From: an uncultured Candidatus Saccharibacteria bacterium
GTDB lineage: Bacteria > Patescibacteriota > Minisyncoccia > Phycocordibacterales > UBA9973
Direction of reading: 5' to 3'
NCBI GenBank assembly: GCA_964637995.1
Contig: CAZWXV010000002.1
Location: 15,122 to 67,159, forward strand
Length of the DNA: 52,038 bases
Made by a program: the position numbers and the translations under genes
Shown: positions 16,759-26,848 of the stretch, piece after piece
Layout of the letters: every line of letters starts with the position of its first letter
Position numbering within the stretch: the stretch's first letter is position 1
Notes under the pieces: model-generated
The model's input: only the letters and a program-made list of their open reading frames with translations
Database searches by the model: none
What the model was told of the DNA's origin: nothing

Positions 16759-19123
16759 AAAGAATTATTTACCCGAAGACGTTATCGCAAAAATCGATGC
16801 TTACTGGCGCGCAGCCAACTATCTCTCGATCGGGCAAATTTATCTCTATGAAAACCCGCTTCTCAAGCGCCCGCTTTCGGCAGACGATATCAAGCCGCTA
16901 CTCATGGGTCATTGGGGCACGTCACCGGGGCAGAATTTCATCTATGTGCATCTAAATAGGATAATAAAAAAGTACGACCTCGATATGCTTTACATCTCCG
17001 GCCCCGGCCACGGCGGCCCGTCCTTGCTTGCCAATACTTACCTTGAGGGCACCTATAGTGAAGTGTATCCGGAGATCAGCCAGGACGAGGAGGGGATGAA
17101 GAAATTGTTCAAGCAATTTTCCTTTCCCGGCGGCGTACCCAGTCACGTCTCCCCGGAATGTCCCGGGTCTATTCACGAGGGCGGTGAGCTAGGTTACTCA
17201 CTTTCCCACGCGTTCGGGGCGGTATTTGATAACCCGGATTTAATTACCGCATGCGTTGTAGGGGACGGGGAAGCGGAGACGGGACCCTTGGCGGCCTCCT
17301 GGCATTCGAACAAATTTCTCAATCCTAAGACCGATGGCGCGGTGTTGCCCATTCTCCACTTAAATGGATATAAAATTTCAAACCCGACTATTTTTGCGCG
17401 TATTTCAAAAGAAGAATTAGACCAGTTGTTCCGCGGGTATGGCTGGATACCGCACATCATCGAAGGCGAAGATCCACAGACGATGCATCAAGCGATGGCA
17501 GAAAAACTAGATGAGGTCGTTCTCGAAATACAGCGCATACAAACAGATGCTCGGCAGCGGAATGTAACCACCCGGCCACGCTGGCCAATGATAATTCTCA
17601 TAACGCCGAAAGGTTGGACTGGGCCGAAAGTTATCGACGGCAAACCGAATGAAGGCACTTTTCGTTCGCATCAAGTCATATTTGCCGATCTCAAAACAAA
17701 CAAAGAACATTTAACAGAGTTCACCAAGTGGCTCAAGAGCTATAAACCGGAAGAACTATTTGACGCCGCAGGCAGATTAAAACCGGAACTCGCGGAACTG
17801 GCGCCGACCGGCTCGCGACGCATGGGATCGAATCCGCATGCGAACGGCGGTTTATTACTGCGTGAACTTCACATGCCGGATTGGAAGAATTATGGAGTAG
17901 TTATCAAAAAACGCGGGGAAGAAGGAGAGGGGGCGACTAGGGTATTCGCGCGGTTTCTGCGGGATATAATCAAGGCGAACGAAAAAGAGCGGAATTTTCG
18001 CTTATTCGGTCCGGACGAGACCATATCTAACGGCCTCGGTGCGGTATTTGAGGTTACCGATCGGCAAATGATGACGGCAGAGATAAGCGATGACGAGTTT
18101 ACATCACCGTCCGGGCGCGTGATGGAGATTTTGAGTGAGCACTTGTGCCAAGGGTGGCTTGAGGGATACCTCTTGACAGGCCGGCACGGGTTGTTCAACA
18201 GCTACGAAGCTTTTATTCATATTATTAGCTCCATGTTCAATCAGCATGCCAAGTGGTTGAATGTTACCGCGCGTATTCCCTGGAGAAAAAAAATCGCGTC
18301 TTTAAATTATCTTATTTCCTCTCACGTATGGAGACAGGGACATAACGGCTTTACTCATCAGGATCCCGGGTTCATCGATCATGTGTATCAAAAGAAAGCC
18401 GATATTATCCAGGTCTATCTGCCGCCCGATGCGAATTGTTTGCTGACTGTTATGGACAAGTGCCTGCGGAGCATGCATAAAATTAACGTCGTCGTAGCCG
18501 GCAAGCACCCAATGCCGCAATGGTTCTCCGTAGAGGAGGCGGTTACCCACTCCGAGAAAGGCATAGGAGTTCTCCGTTGGGCAAGCAACGACAAAGACGC
18601 AGAACCGGACGCCGTTATGGCCTGCGCCGGAGATGTGCCGACGCTCGAAGTGCTAGCGGCGGTATCCATAATTCGGGAACATCTTCCAGAACTTAAGCTT
18701 CGGGTTATTAACGTGCTGGACCTCATGACTCTTCGGCCACGCAAAAATCACCCTCACGGCACTACAGATGAGGAATTCGAGGCGCTCTTTACGAAAGACA
18801 AACCGATAACTTTCATTTTTCACGGATATTCGTCGCTCATTCATCGCCTCACCTATAGCCGTCCTAACCACGAAAACATGCATGTGTATGGATACAGGGA
18901 GGAGGGCACGACTACCACTCCTTTCGATATGACAGTCCTAAACTCGATAGACCGCTATCACATTGTAAAATACGTCATTGAGTCACTCCAGAATAAGGGT
19001 GATAAGGAAACGCGTCTGTTCAAACTAATGGAAGAAAAACTTGACGAACATCGCCGGTACGTCGTCGTGCACGGTGAGGATGTGCCCGAAGTGCGAAACT
19101 GGAGATGGCCTAGAGAAGGATAA
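16724..19123 (+). CDS. xfp: Xylulose-5-phosphate/fructose-6-phosphate phosphoketolase
   Basis: 799 aa with [18 protein letters not shown] and [11 protein letters not shown]. Alternative in-frame starts at 16742 or 16751 would shorten the overlap with pta. Confidence 0.9.
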   Translation: MLHPRPMNLMNKKNYLPEDVIAKIDAYWRAANYLSIGQIYLYENPLLKRPLSADDIKPLLMGHWGTSPGQNFIYVHLNRIIKKYDLDMLYISGPGHGGPSLLANTYLEGTYSEVYPEISQDEEGMKKLFKQFSFPGGVPSHVSPECPGSIHEGGELGYSLSHAFGAVFDNPDLITACVVGDGEAETGPLAASWHSNKFLNPKTDGAVLPILHLNGYKISNPTIFARISKEELDQLFRGYGWIPHIIEGEDPQTMHQAMAEKLDEVVLEIQRIQTDARQRNVTTRPRWPMIILITPKGWTGPKVIDGKPNEGTFRSHQVIFADLKTNKEHLTEFTKWLKSYKPEELFDAAGRLKPELAELAPTGSRRMGSNPHANGGLLLRELHMPDWKNYGVVIKKRGEEGEGATRVFARFLRDIIKANEKERNFRLFGPDETISNGLGAVFEVTDRQMMTAEISDDEFTSPSGRVMEILSEHLCQGWLEGYLLTGRHGLFNSYEAFIHIISSMFNQHAKWLNVTARIPWRKKIASLNYLISSHVWRQGHNGFTHQDPGFIDHVYQKKADIIQVYLPPDANCLLTVMDKCLRSMHKINVVVAGKHPMPQWFSVEEAVTHSEKGIGVLRWASNDKDAEPDAVMACAGDVPTLEVLAAVSIIREHLPELKLRVINVLDLMTLRPRKNHPHGTTDEEFEALFTKDKPITFIFHGYSSLIHRLTYSRPNHENMHVYGYREEGTTTTPFDMTVLNSIDRYHIVKYVIESLQNKGDKETRLFKLMEEKLDEHRRYVVVHGEDVPEVRNWRWPREG

Positions 19124-19187
19124 AAACGCGGACAGCCGTTGCCAAAAATTACGACGAAAGATTTTTTTTGAGTTTTCCACAGCTGAT

Positions 19188-19216
19188 TTGACAATACCCC
19201 CAGGGGGGTATATACT
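19188..19216 (+). promoter_or_regulatory. Near-consensus promoter (TTGACA-17-TATACT) with a CsoR-type palindromic operator in the spacer
   Basis: TTGACA at 19188-19193. ATACCCCCAGGGGGGTAT at 19194-19211, in which ATACCCCC and GGGGGTAT are reverse complements. TATACT at 19211-19216. The ATG lies 6 nt downstream. Confidence 0.7.
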
Positions 19217-19222
19217 GGGAAC

Positions 19223-19486
19223 ATGCAGACAAACAAGCAAAAACTTATTAGAAGGTTAAAAATCCTGGAAGGGCAGGTGCGGGGACTCCAGAACATGATA
19301 GAAAAGGACGTGTATTGCATCGACGTCATTACCCAGACCTCCGCAGTCAAGCAGGGATTATCAAATATTGAGGACATGCTTATGGAGAGCCACCTGGGCC
19401 ACTGCGTGGTGAATCAGATAAAAGCCGGTCAGACAGAAAAAGCCCGCGGCGAAATTTTGAAAGTTTATAAGCTCAAGAGAAAATAA
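19223..19486 (+). CDS. csoR: CsoR-family copper-sensing transcriptional repressor
   Basis: 87 aa. Contains [32 protein letters not shown]...HLGHCV, with the C-H-C ligand set in place. Confidence 0.85.
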   Translation: MQTNKQKLIRRLKILEGQVRGLQNMIEKDVYCIDVITQTSAVKQGLSNIEDMLMESHLGHCVVNQIKAGQTEKARGEILKVYKLKRK

Positions 19487-19506
19487 GCGAAAATAATTTT
19501 AAACAT

Positions 19507-21837
19507 ATGAGCCATCACGAAACATATAAAGTAAAAGGCATGCACTGTGCGTCGTGCTCCAGCATTATCGAAAGAACGGTCAAAAAAATTGACGGGGTGG
19601 AAGCAATTTCAGTTAATGCCGGCACCGAAAATGCTAAAATTTCTTTTGACGATAGCAAGACTAATCCCGAGCAGTTTAACGAAAAGCTGGAACCCTTAGG
19701 GTATTCTCTGGTGGTAAATAAAAAAGAAGACCACAGTATGCACGGCGCAGGAATGACTGCGAGTGAAATGGGGATGAGCAAGGATGAGCATGCCGCGCAT
19801 CTCGGACTTAATCAGTCAAAACAAGAAAAACTCGCGGAACTGAAAGACATGCGGAACAAGATCATTTCCGCCATACCGCTTGCAATCATAAGCATTTTTG
19901 TCATGGGTTCCGAAATTCTTGCGCCATACGGAGTGGTGCCCGAAATGCCGTACGTATGGGAAGAATTTTTTCATCATTTAATGCCCATTCTCGCCACTTA
20001 CATTTTGTTTGTGGTAGGCAGGCCTTACCTCCTGGGTGTTTACCGTTTTTTGCGCTACGGCAAGGCGAATATGGATACGCTCATAGGCATAGGCACGTCG
20101 GTCGCGTTTTTATACAGTTTTGCCGTTACGGCTTTTGAAGAAACCCTGGCGCCGTTCATCGACACAGCGAGCACGTATTATGATGTGACCATCATTGTCA
20201 TTGCCTTTATCGCGCTCGGAAAATATCTGGAGACACGTTCCAAGATGAAAACCGGCGACGCGATTGAAAAGCTTTTAGGTCTCCAAGCCAAGACCGCGCT
20301 GGTGGTCCGCGGGGGCAAAGAAGCCGAAATTCCAATCGAACAGGTAGTTCACGGAGATGTGATTGTGGTAAAACCCGGAGCAAAAATTCCCGTGGACGGC
20401 ATTATCGTTTCCGGTTCCTCGTATGTGGACGAATCCATGGTCACCGGTGAGCCCATGCCGGTGCAAAAAAAAGAAGGGGACAGCGTGGTGTCCGGAACCA
20501 TTAACACTACCGGGAGCTTTACTTTTAAAGCTACAAAAGTGGGCAGTGAAACCCTGCTTGCCAACATCATCAGAATGGTGGAGGAAGCGCAGGGGTCCAA
20601 AGCGCCTATCCAAGCACTTGCGGACAAAATTTCAAGTATATTCGTGCCGGTGGTGCTGGTAATAGCGGGGCTAACTTTGGCACTTTGGCTTATTGTTGGC
20701 ACAGAGTATTTGGGCTTCTCTCAAGCACTTTCATTTGGGCTAGTTTCTTTTGTGGGCATTCTCGTTATCGCCTGTCCCTGCGCGCTGGGACTCGCCACAC
20801 CTACGGCGATAATTGTGGGAGTGGGCAAAGGCGCCAAAGAAGGCATACTTATCAAAGATGCGGGCACTCTCGAGAAACTGCATAAAGTAACTGCGGTAGT
20901 CGTAGATAAAACAGGCACGCTTACTTTTGGCAAACCGGAGCTTGTCTCCGTTAATAATTTTTCCGGCAAATCCGACGGGGAACTCGTTGCTGTTCTCGCG
21001 GCTCTGGAAAATAAGTCCGAGCATCCGATAGCCCACGCGGTGTTAAATTATGCCAAGAGGAAAAACATAAAGTTTGAGGATGTTGTGAATTTTGAAATCG
21101 TTAAAGGCAAGGGACTAAAGGGCGTGGTTGGCGGCACGGAGTATTTTGCCGGCAACACGAAACTGATTGAAGACCTGGGGTTGAATTTTGATAAGGCTAA
21201 AATAGAAAAAGAAACTCTTGAGGGGAAAACTCCTATAATCCTTGCCACAACAGAGAAACTCTTGGGCATTGTTATGGTGGCCGATGCGATAAAAGAAGAA
21301 GCCATTCTCGCGGTAAAAAATCTCCATAGGCTTGGCATAAAAGTCGTGATGCTTACCGGCGACAATAAAAATACCGCCAAGTACATTGCGGAGCTCTTGG
21401 GCATCGACGAGGTTGTGGCGGAAGCGATGCCGGAAGACAAATTAAAAAAGATTAAAGAGCTTCAGGCCGAGGGGCACATTGTAGCCATGACAGGCGATGG
21501 CGTAAACGACGCACCGGCCTTGGCGCAGGCGGACGTGGGTATCGCGATGGCGACCGGTACGGATGTAGCGATAGAATCCGCGGGCATCACGCTTCTTCAC
21601 GGCGATATTTCCAAACTGGTAAAAGCAATCAGGCTGTCCAAGATAACCATGCGCGGCATAAAGCAAAATCTTTTCTGGGCCTTCGCCTACAACATTATCG
21701 GCATTCCGCTTGCGGCCGGCGCGTTCTATCCGTTCTTCGGGTGGCTTCTGTCGCCGGTCTTCGCGGGGTTCGCGATGGCCATGTCGTCCGTCTCGGTGGT
21801 CGGAAATTCGTTGCGCATTAAAAGTAAAAAATTGTAA
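19507..21837 (+). CDS. copA: Copper-translocating P1B-type ATPase
   Basis: 776 aa. Has an N-terminal HMA domain (GMHCASCSS), then [17 protein letters not shown] and GDGVNDAP. Confidence 0.95.
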   Translation: MSHHETYKVKGMHCASCSSIIERTVKKIDGVEAISVNAGTENAKISFDDSKTNPEQFNEKLEPLGYSLVVNKKEDHSMHGAGMTASEMGMSKDEHAAHLGLNQSKQEKLAELKDMRNKIISAIPLAIISIFVMGSEILAPYGVVPEMPYVWEEFFHHLMPILATYILFVVGRPYLLGVYRFLRYGKANMDTLIGIGTSVAFLYSFAVTAFEETLAPFIDTASTYYDVTIIVIAFIALGKYLETRSKMKTGDAIEKLLGLQAKTALVVRGGKEAEIPIEQVVHGDVIVVKPGAKIPVDGIIVSGSSYVDESMVTGEPMPVQKKEGDSVVSGTINTTGSFTFKATKVGSETLLANIIRMVEEAQGSKAPIQALADKISSIFVPVVLVIAGLTLALWLIVGTEYLGFSQALSFGLVSFVGILVIACPCALGLATPTAIIVGVGKGAKEGILIKDAGTLEKLHKVTAVVVDKTGTLTFGKPELVSVNNFSGKSDGELVAVLAALENKSEHPIAHAVLNYAKRKNIKFEDVVNFEIVKGKGLKGVVGGTEYFAGNTKLIEDLGLNFDKAKIEKETLEGKTPIILATTEKLLGIVMVADAIKEEAILAVKNLHRLGIKVVMLTGDNKNTAKYIAELLGIDEVVAEAMPEDKLKKIKELQAEGHIVAMTGDGVNDAPALAQADVGIAMATGTDVAIESAGITLLHGDISKLVKAIRLSKITMRGIKQNLFWAFAYNIIGIPLAAGAFYPFFGWLLSPVFAGFAMAMSSVSVVGNSLRIKSKKL

Positions 21838-21873
21838 ACCTGTCGCGATTATTAATTAATTATAAATAATTTT

Positions 21874-22515
21874 ATGAACAACAGAGAAATTTGGTTTGGT
21901 ATCGGGGGCGTAGTGGTCGGGGTAATGATTGCATTATTATTTCGTCCTCAAGTGGGGTCCTGGGGCAGGATGCAGGGAGTGAATAGACCGGGCAACTTAA
22001 ACAGCGGCCAAATTGGCAGAACCATGGGCCTCAATCTCGACCAGCATTTCATTGAACAGATGATTCCGCACCACGATGGCGCTATTGCTATGGCAAAATT
22101 GGCTTTGGTAAAAGCCGCTCATCCGGAAATCAAAACCCTAGCTCAAACAATAATAGAAGCGCAGGAAAAAGAAATAAAAGACATGCAGGGCTGGTATAAA
22201 AATTGGTTTGGCAGAGATGTTAAGAAACAAAATGCATATTCATACGGAATGATGGGCGGCGGCGGCATGATGTCTTCCGGCGGGATGCACATGGGCGGAC
22301 AGGATGAAATAAAAGCGCTTGAAAATGCTCCTGACTTTGACAAAGCGTTTATTGAGTCAATGATCCCACACCATCAGTTGGCAATTATGATGGCGCAGAT
22401 GCTGAAAGCTGGCACTGATATACCGGAAATGTTGTCCCTTGCCGAGAATATAATAGAATCGCAGACGGCAGAAATAGAGCAGATGCAGGGATGGTACCAG
22501 AGCTGGTATAAATAA
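21874..22515 (+). CDS. DUF305-family protein (two repeats) with a Met/Gly-rich linker
   Basis: 213 aa. Contains MIPHHDGAIAMA and MIPHHQLAIMMA, separated by YGMMGGGGMMSSGGMHMGG. Confidence 0.8.
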   Translation: MNNREIWFGIGGVVVGVMIALLFRPQVGSWGRMQGVNRPGNLNSGQIGRTMGLNLDQHFIEQMIPHHDGAIAMAKLALVKAAHPEIKTLAQTIIEAQEKEIKDMQGWYKNWFGRDVKKQNAYSYGMMGGGGMMSSGGMHMGGQDEIKALENAPDFDKAFIESMIPHHQLAIMMAQMLKAGTDIPEMLSLAENIIESQTAEIEQMQGWYQSWYK

Positions 22516-22526
22516 TTGCAAAAATT

Positions 22527-22796
22527 ATGAACAATAAATTAAATACTATTGCCCTTGGGAATACTTTTGCTCTTATTGACCTAATACTGCACCCACTTTT
22601 TCATTTGTGGGTTTTCCTTAGTCCCGGTTCGTATGAATGGGTAATGCATTTGTTCGTAGCAGGATTGCAGCTAAATATCACGAACTTAGACACAAGCATA
22701 CCGCATATTTTACTGGGAACCCTCGCAGAAGCGGCCGCCTTCTGGTTATTAGGTTATGTTGGGGGGTCTTTGTACAATAAACTTTCAAAGATATGA
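22527..22796 (+). CDS. Hypothetical small membrane protein
   Basis: 89 aa and hydrophobic. Its stop overlaps the next start by 4 bp. Confidence 0.4.
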   Translation: MNNKLNTIALGNTFALIDLILHPLFHLWVFLSPGSYEWVMHLFVAGLQLNITNLDTSIPHILLGTLAEAAAFWLLGYVGGSLYNKLSKI

Positions 22797-23191
22797 TTTC
22801 CCATAAATTAAAAAACATCTTTATATTTTCCATTCCGGTATTTATTGCGCATGGCTTAGAAGAATATTTTACCGGACTCTATAATAATGACTGGAGCATT
22901 CAATTTATTTCTGGATTTTTGGAGTCAATGTCTACGCCGCAAGCGATCTTTCTGGTTTTTCAAATCATGCTCTGGCTGGCGCTCGTCGTATTTGCACTCC
23001 TCATAATTAGTGAAAAATGGCGTTTGCGGTTAATGGTAATTCCCGGGCTGGTTTACATTTTTGAGCTTTATCATATTTTGAAATCAGTATCAGTTGCCGG
23101 ATACTATCCGGGTTTGATTACGTCTTTACTGTTTCCTGTTATAGCAGTATTTTTTTGGGTAGAATTAATAAGAAATTATAAAAATGCTTAA
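22793..23191 (+). CDS. HXXEE-motif membrane protein
   Basis: 132 aa with AHGLEEYFTG near the N-terminus and several transmembrane helices. Confidence 0.5.
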   Translation: MISHKLKNIFIFSIPVFIAHGLEEYFTGLYNNDWSIQFISGFLESMSTPQAIFLVFQIMLWLALVVFALLIISEKWRLRLMVIPGLVYIFELYHILKSVSVAGYYPGLITSLLFPVIAVFFWVELIRNYKNA

Positions 23192-23867
23192 TGAACAATT
23201 ACCAAATATAATAATATGGGCATTACTCTGGATTTTATCTTGGAGCGTTTTCCTTTTGTTTCTACACAAAAAAGGTGTTGATTACATAAGGCGTTTTCTT
23301 TGGACTGCAACATACTTTCTTTCCGTTGCAGTCGTCACTTCTCTGGTTTTTATAGACCATATCGCTAGAATTCTCCAAAATTTTACGGTCACGCCCTTGA
23401 TTGTTCTTGGCGTTGTGGCTTTAGTACACATTATTTTATACACCTATCTTCCAAAATATCTGCAAAAGCCGGAAGATTATTTTAAAAAATATCCGAAAAG
23501 ACAATACCTTACTCTTGATCGCAAACGTTTAGTTTCAAAATCAATGGATATTTTATCCCAGCAAATATTTGTTATTCTCCTTGTGATATTTTTACAAGAT
23601 GCCGGTTTGACACTCTACCAAATAATCTTTGCTTTTGCCGTTATTTTCGGTCTTGTTCATGCGCCACTAATTTTAGTTGAGCGCGGAGCGTGGCCAGCTT
23701 GGTATTTCGCTGTATTTTCAATTTTTTCTGCAGTTATTTTTCCTGTTTTGATTCTCAAAGTTCAGTATGGTTTTATATACAGCTACATCGTTCATTGGGT
23801 ATTCTATACCTTCACGGCAGTAGGCTTTTGGATTTGGTATAATAAGTGTAGAGAAAAAATTTATTAA
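23184..23867 (+). CDS. Hypothetical polytopic membrane protein
   Basis: 227 aa, about six hydrophobic segments, no recognisable motif. Confidence 0.4.
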   Translation: MLNEQLPNIIIWALLWILSWSVFLLFLHKKGVDYIRRFLWTATYFLSVAVVTSLVFIDHIARILQNFTVTPLIVLGVVALVHIILYTYLPKYLQKPEDYFKKYPKRQYLTLDRKRLVSKSMDILSQQIFVILLVIFLQDAGLTLYQIIFAFAVIFGLVHAPLILVERGAWPAWYFAVFSIFSAVIFPVLILKVQYGFIYSYIVHWVFYTFTAVGFWIWYNKCREKIY

Positions 23868-23880
23868 ATTAATAAACCAT

Positions 23881-24264
23881 ATGGAATTTGATTACACAAT
23901 AACTACAGCAAAAACTTTTGATGAGGCGGTGCAAAGCGTACAGGGTGAGATAGCTAAAGTCGGTATGCGGGTTTTGTATGTTCATGATGTACAGCAAACC
24001 TTGAGCGAGAAGGGTTTCCAAAGGGAACCCTTTAAGATTATTGAATTTTGCAGCGCAAAATTCGCCAATGAGTTTCTTAATAAAGATATTAAGCTCGGGC
24101 TCTGCCTGCCTTGCAAAATAAATGTTTACACCAAAGACGGGCAAACTTTTATTTCCGGTATGCGTCCAATCATCTTACCTCGATTTTTTCCAGATACAGA
24201 CCTAGGCGAGAGGCCACACGAAATTGACCAAATCATTCAGGGGATTATCAATAACGCAAAATAG
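23881..24264 (+). CDS. DUF302-domain protein
   Basis: 127 aa. The pattern MEFDYTITTAKTFDEAVQSVQGEIAKVGMRVLYVHDVQ...IIEFCSAKFA...LPCKINVY fits DUF302. Confidence 0.65.
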   Translation: MEFDYTITTAKTFDEAVQSVQGEIAKVGMRVLYVHDVQQTLSEKGFQREPFKIIEFCSAKFANEFLNKDIKLGLCLPCKINVYTKDGQTFISGMRPIILPRFFPDTDLGERPHEIDQIIQGIINNAK

Positions 24265-24305
24265 CTAAGGTCGAAAATTATTAAAATTAGTTAAATAAAA
24301 AATTT

Positions 24306-24428
24306 ATGATGGGATATTATGGATACAGCGGAATGATGGGCGGCGGATGGGGCGTAATTTTGGGGTTTGTGGTATTGATAGACCTCGTTTTGCTTGGCGT
24401 TTGGCTATTTAAACAAATTAACAAATAA
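24306..24428 (+). CDS. Small Met/Gly-rich single-pass membrane peptide (40 aa; below the ORF-track length cut-off)
   Basis: My own translation is MMGYYGYSGMMGGGWGVILGFVVLIDLVLLGVWLFKQINK. Its N-terminus echoes the Met/Gly linker of the DUF305 protein. Confidence 0.4.
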   Translation: MMGYYGYSGMMGGGWGVILGFVVLIDLVLLGVWLFKQINK

Positions 24429-24459
24429 GGTCAAGATTATAAGTTAACCTTAAAATTAA

Positions 24460-24663
24460 ATGACACATCAAAATTTAGGGAAACTGGACAGGATATTTCG
24501 ATTTGCCCTAGCTTTCTGGTGGCTTGGGCCGTTGGCGCCTCACTTTGACGCCAACTGGGGAAATATTCTGATTGCGATTGTCGGATGGATTGCCTTGGCC
24601 GAAAGCTTCTGGGGTTGGTGCTGGCTTCATACCGCCTTCCGTATTGACAACAAGAATCAATAG
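24460..24663 (+). CDS. DUF2892 (YgaP-like) small membrane protein
   Basis: 67 aa. Contains LDRIFRFALAF...GWCWL, which resembles the DUF2892 G-x-C-P-x-Y region. Confidence 0.55.
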   Translation: MTHQNLGKLDRIFRFALAFWWLGPLAPHFDANWGNILIAIVGWIALAESFWGWCWLHTAFRIDNKNQ

Positions 24664-24722
24664 TAGTATAATATCAGTATGAAAGTGGCTTTTTGCGGCA
24701 TTGTGGAATAGAATAAAATAAC

Positions 24723-25133
24723 ATGAGTTTACGGAAAAACAATTTTATCATCGGTGTTTCGGTCCTCCTGGCCTTTGTAGGCGTGGGTGTGTTTGGCCTC
24801 CTGCCGTTTGGCCATGCCAATGGGATGGAGACGCCGATGGTGGATTGTCCTTACACGGAGAGCGGTTCTGCAATATGCGAAAATACTCTCGACCATATTG
24901 CCGGATGGCAGCAGTTTTCAAATATAATTTATCCGTCACTCTTCGTCCTGTTGGTCCTTGCCGGGATACTGTACTTTATCGGCAAACAAAACTTTTCAAA
25001 TCAGAGGCAGCGCTTTTTTAGGCGGAAATCCTATTTACATAATAAAAAATTATATTCCTACCAGGAAGATATAATTAAGTGGCTGGCACTTTTCGAGAAC
25101 AGCCCCTCTTTTTCATACGTAAGGCATAGCTAA
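24723..25133 (+). CDS. Hypothetical two-TM protein with an extracytoplasmic Cys pair
   Basis: 136 aa. Contains ...VDCPYTESGSAICEN... between two hydrophobic helices. Confidence 0.4.
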   Translation: MSLRKNNFIIGVSVLLAFVGVGVFGLLPFGHANGMETPMVDCPYTESGSAICENTLDHIAGWQQFSNIIYPSLFVLLVLAGILYFIGKQNFSNQRQRFFRRKSYLHNKKLYSYQEDIIKWLALFENSPSFSYVRHS

Positions 25134-25192
25134 CTGATTTGTCGTAAATTTTTTGGCTGTGTCTTTAAAATCCCAATCAGGGATTTTTTACT

Positions 25193-25741
25193 ATGCTAAT
25201 TAATTTAAAGTTTATGGACAAAAAAACAATTGTTTCATTAGTAGTTATTCTTATCGGCATTACCGGCGTAGTTTGGTGGAGCAAAGTAGCAGACAGCAGG
25301 GCGCTGAATGCATCAGTAGGCGGGTCACACCCGGCGATAACCGGAACGCCGGGCAATAAATTAACCGCCGAGGAAACGTTTTATGATTTCGGCAAGATCT
25401 CAATGAAAGACGGCAATGTCAGCAAAACATTCAAAGTCACGAATTCCGGCACCGAGGATATTAGCGTGCCGAGCTTGTACACCTCCTGCATGTGCACCAA
25501 CGCGTATATTCTTAATGCCGACGGCACCAAAAAAGGACCCTTCGGCATGCCGGGCCACGGCGGAACCGTGCCAAAAGCCAACGCGGTCATAAAAGCGGGC
25601 GAATCGCTTGAGATTGAGGCCGTGTACGACCCAAATGCGCACGGTCCGGCGGGAGTTGGTCTGATTGAGCGCTCAGTCATTCTTGAGGATGAGAACAAGA
25701 ATATAGTAGAGTTTAAGTTCCGGGCGAGCGTAACTCCGTAA
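25193..25741 (+). CDS. DUF1573-domain protein (membrane-anchored)
   Basis: 182 aa with FYDFGKISMKDGNVSKTFKVTNSGTEDISV. Confidence 0.65.
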   Translation: MLINLKFMDKKTIVSLVVILIGITGVVWWSKVADSRALNASVGGSHPAITGTPGNKLTAEETFYDFGKISMKDGNVSKTFKVTNSGTEDISVPSLYTSCMCTNAYILNADGTKKGPFGMPGHGGTVPKANAVIKAGESLEIEAVYDPNAHGPAGVGLIERSVILEDENKNIVEFKFRASVTP

Positions 25742-25747
25742 CTCCCT

Positions 25748-26527
25748 ATGAAAAAATTAATTATTATCTTTAGCATTGTGCTGGCCGCAATTATCGGTAT
25801 TGTCATCTTAAAGAACAGCCCGGCGACTTCTTCCATCATTTGGAACCTCAGCCGGGAAGGCACGTGGCTTCTGCCGCTTCTCCTCGTATCCGCGCTTTTA
25901 GACAGCGTGCACCCTTGTTCCTTCTCTATTCTCCTCATTACCATTGCGTTTCTCTTCGGGATACAGCTAAGCAGAAAGAAAATCCTGCAGTTGGGCGGAA
26001 CATATATAGCCGGGATATTCACGGCCTACTTCCTGATAGGCCTTGGAATTCTTAAAGTATTGCACCTCTTCAATACGCCGCACTTCATGGGCAAATTGGG
26101 CGCGATTCTGCTGATAATCTTCGGGGTTGTCAACCTGTTAAACCGTTTCTTTCCCGGATTACCGATAAGGCTGAAAATCCCAGGAGTGGCCCACGGTGCA
26201 ATAAGCAAACTTATGGACCGGGCATCCTTTCCGGCGGTGTTTGGCCTGGGGCTTCTGGTCGGCATCTGCCAGTTTCCATGTATGGGTGGGCCATACCTCA
26301 TGGTCATAGGCCTTCTGCGCGACCAAGTGACTTACATGAGCGGATTCGGCTACCTCTTGCTCTATAATCTGATTCTGATTGTTCCTTTGGCGGCTGTGCT
26401 GTTTATATCAGCGGACAAAACATTGGTCGATAAGGTGCAGATATGGAAGCGGGACAACATTGGCGGCGTTAAGCTCTGGGCGGGGACGGCCATGATTATT
26501 ATCGGCATCCTAATCTTCTTCATATGA
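25748..26527 (+). CDS. CcdA/DsbD-family thiol:disulfide electron-transfer membrane protein
   Basis: 259 aa with conserved transmembrane cysteines in DSVHPCSFSIL and CQFPCMGGPYL. Confidence 0.7.
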   Translation: MKKLIIIFSIVLAAIIGIVILKNSPATSSIIWNLSREGTWLLPLLLVSALLDSVHPCSFSILLITIAFLFGIQLSRKKILQLGGTYIAGIFTAYFLIGLGILKVLHLFNTPHFMGKLGAILLIIFGVVNLLNRFFPGLPIRLKIPGVAHGAISKLMDRASFPAVFGLGLLVGICQFPCMGGPYLMVIGLLRDQVTYMSGFGYLLLYNLILIVPLAAVLFISADKTLVDKVQIWKRDNIGGVKLWAGTAMIIIGILIFFI

Positions 26528-26826
26528 CAATAGCAATATCATCTATTCTTGCGCTGACGCTTCTGGTTTGGCTGCTCGATAAAAAATTGCCGGTAAAAAT
26601 TTGTTCGATATGCGCCGGAGTAACCCTTACCTGGGCATGGATGCTCTTTGGCATGTGGTTTGGACTTCTGTCTGTGCCCCGCTACGAATTTATTACCGCA
26701 ATTTTGATGGGCGCGTCGATAGGCGGTATTGTGACCGAGCTTAAGAAATTGTTCCTGAAGTTCAAAAACAGTAAAGAAAGCACAGCAGCCGAAATAATAG
26801 AAAAACAATTGGATAACTGCTGTTAA
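26524..26826 (+). CDS. Small membrane protein with an intramembrane CxxC and a C-terminal CC
   Basis: 100 aa. Has KICSICAGV in a transmembrane helix and ends ...LDNCC. Overlaps the CcdA-like gene by 4 bp. Confidence 0.45.
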   Translation: MTIAISSILALTLLVWLLDKKLPVKICSICAGVTLTWAWMLFGMWFGLLSVPRYEFITAILMGASIGGIVTELKKLFLKFKNSKESTAAEIIEKQLDNCC

Positions 26827-26848
26827 ATTATCAGCTAATTAAAACAAA

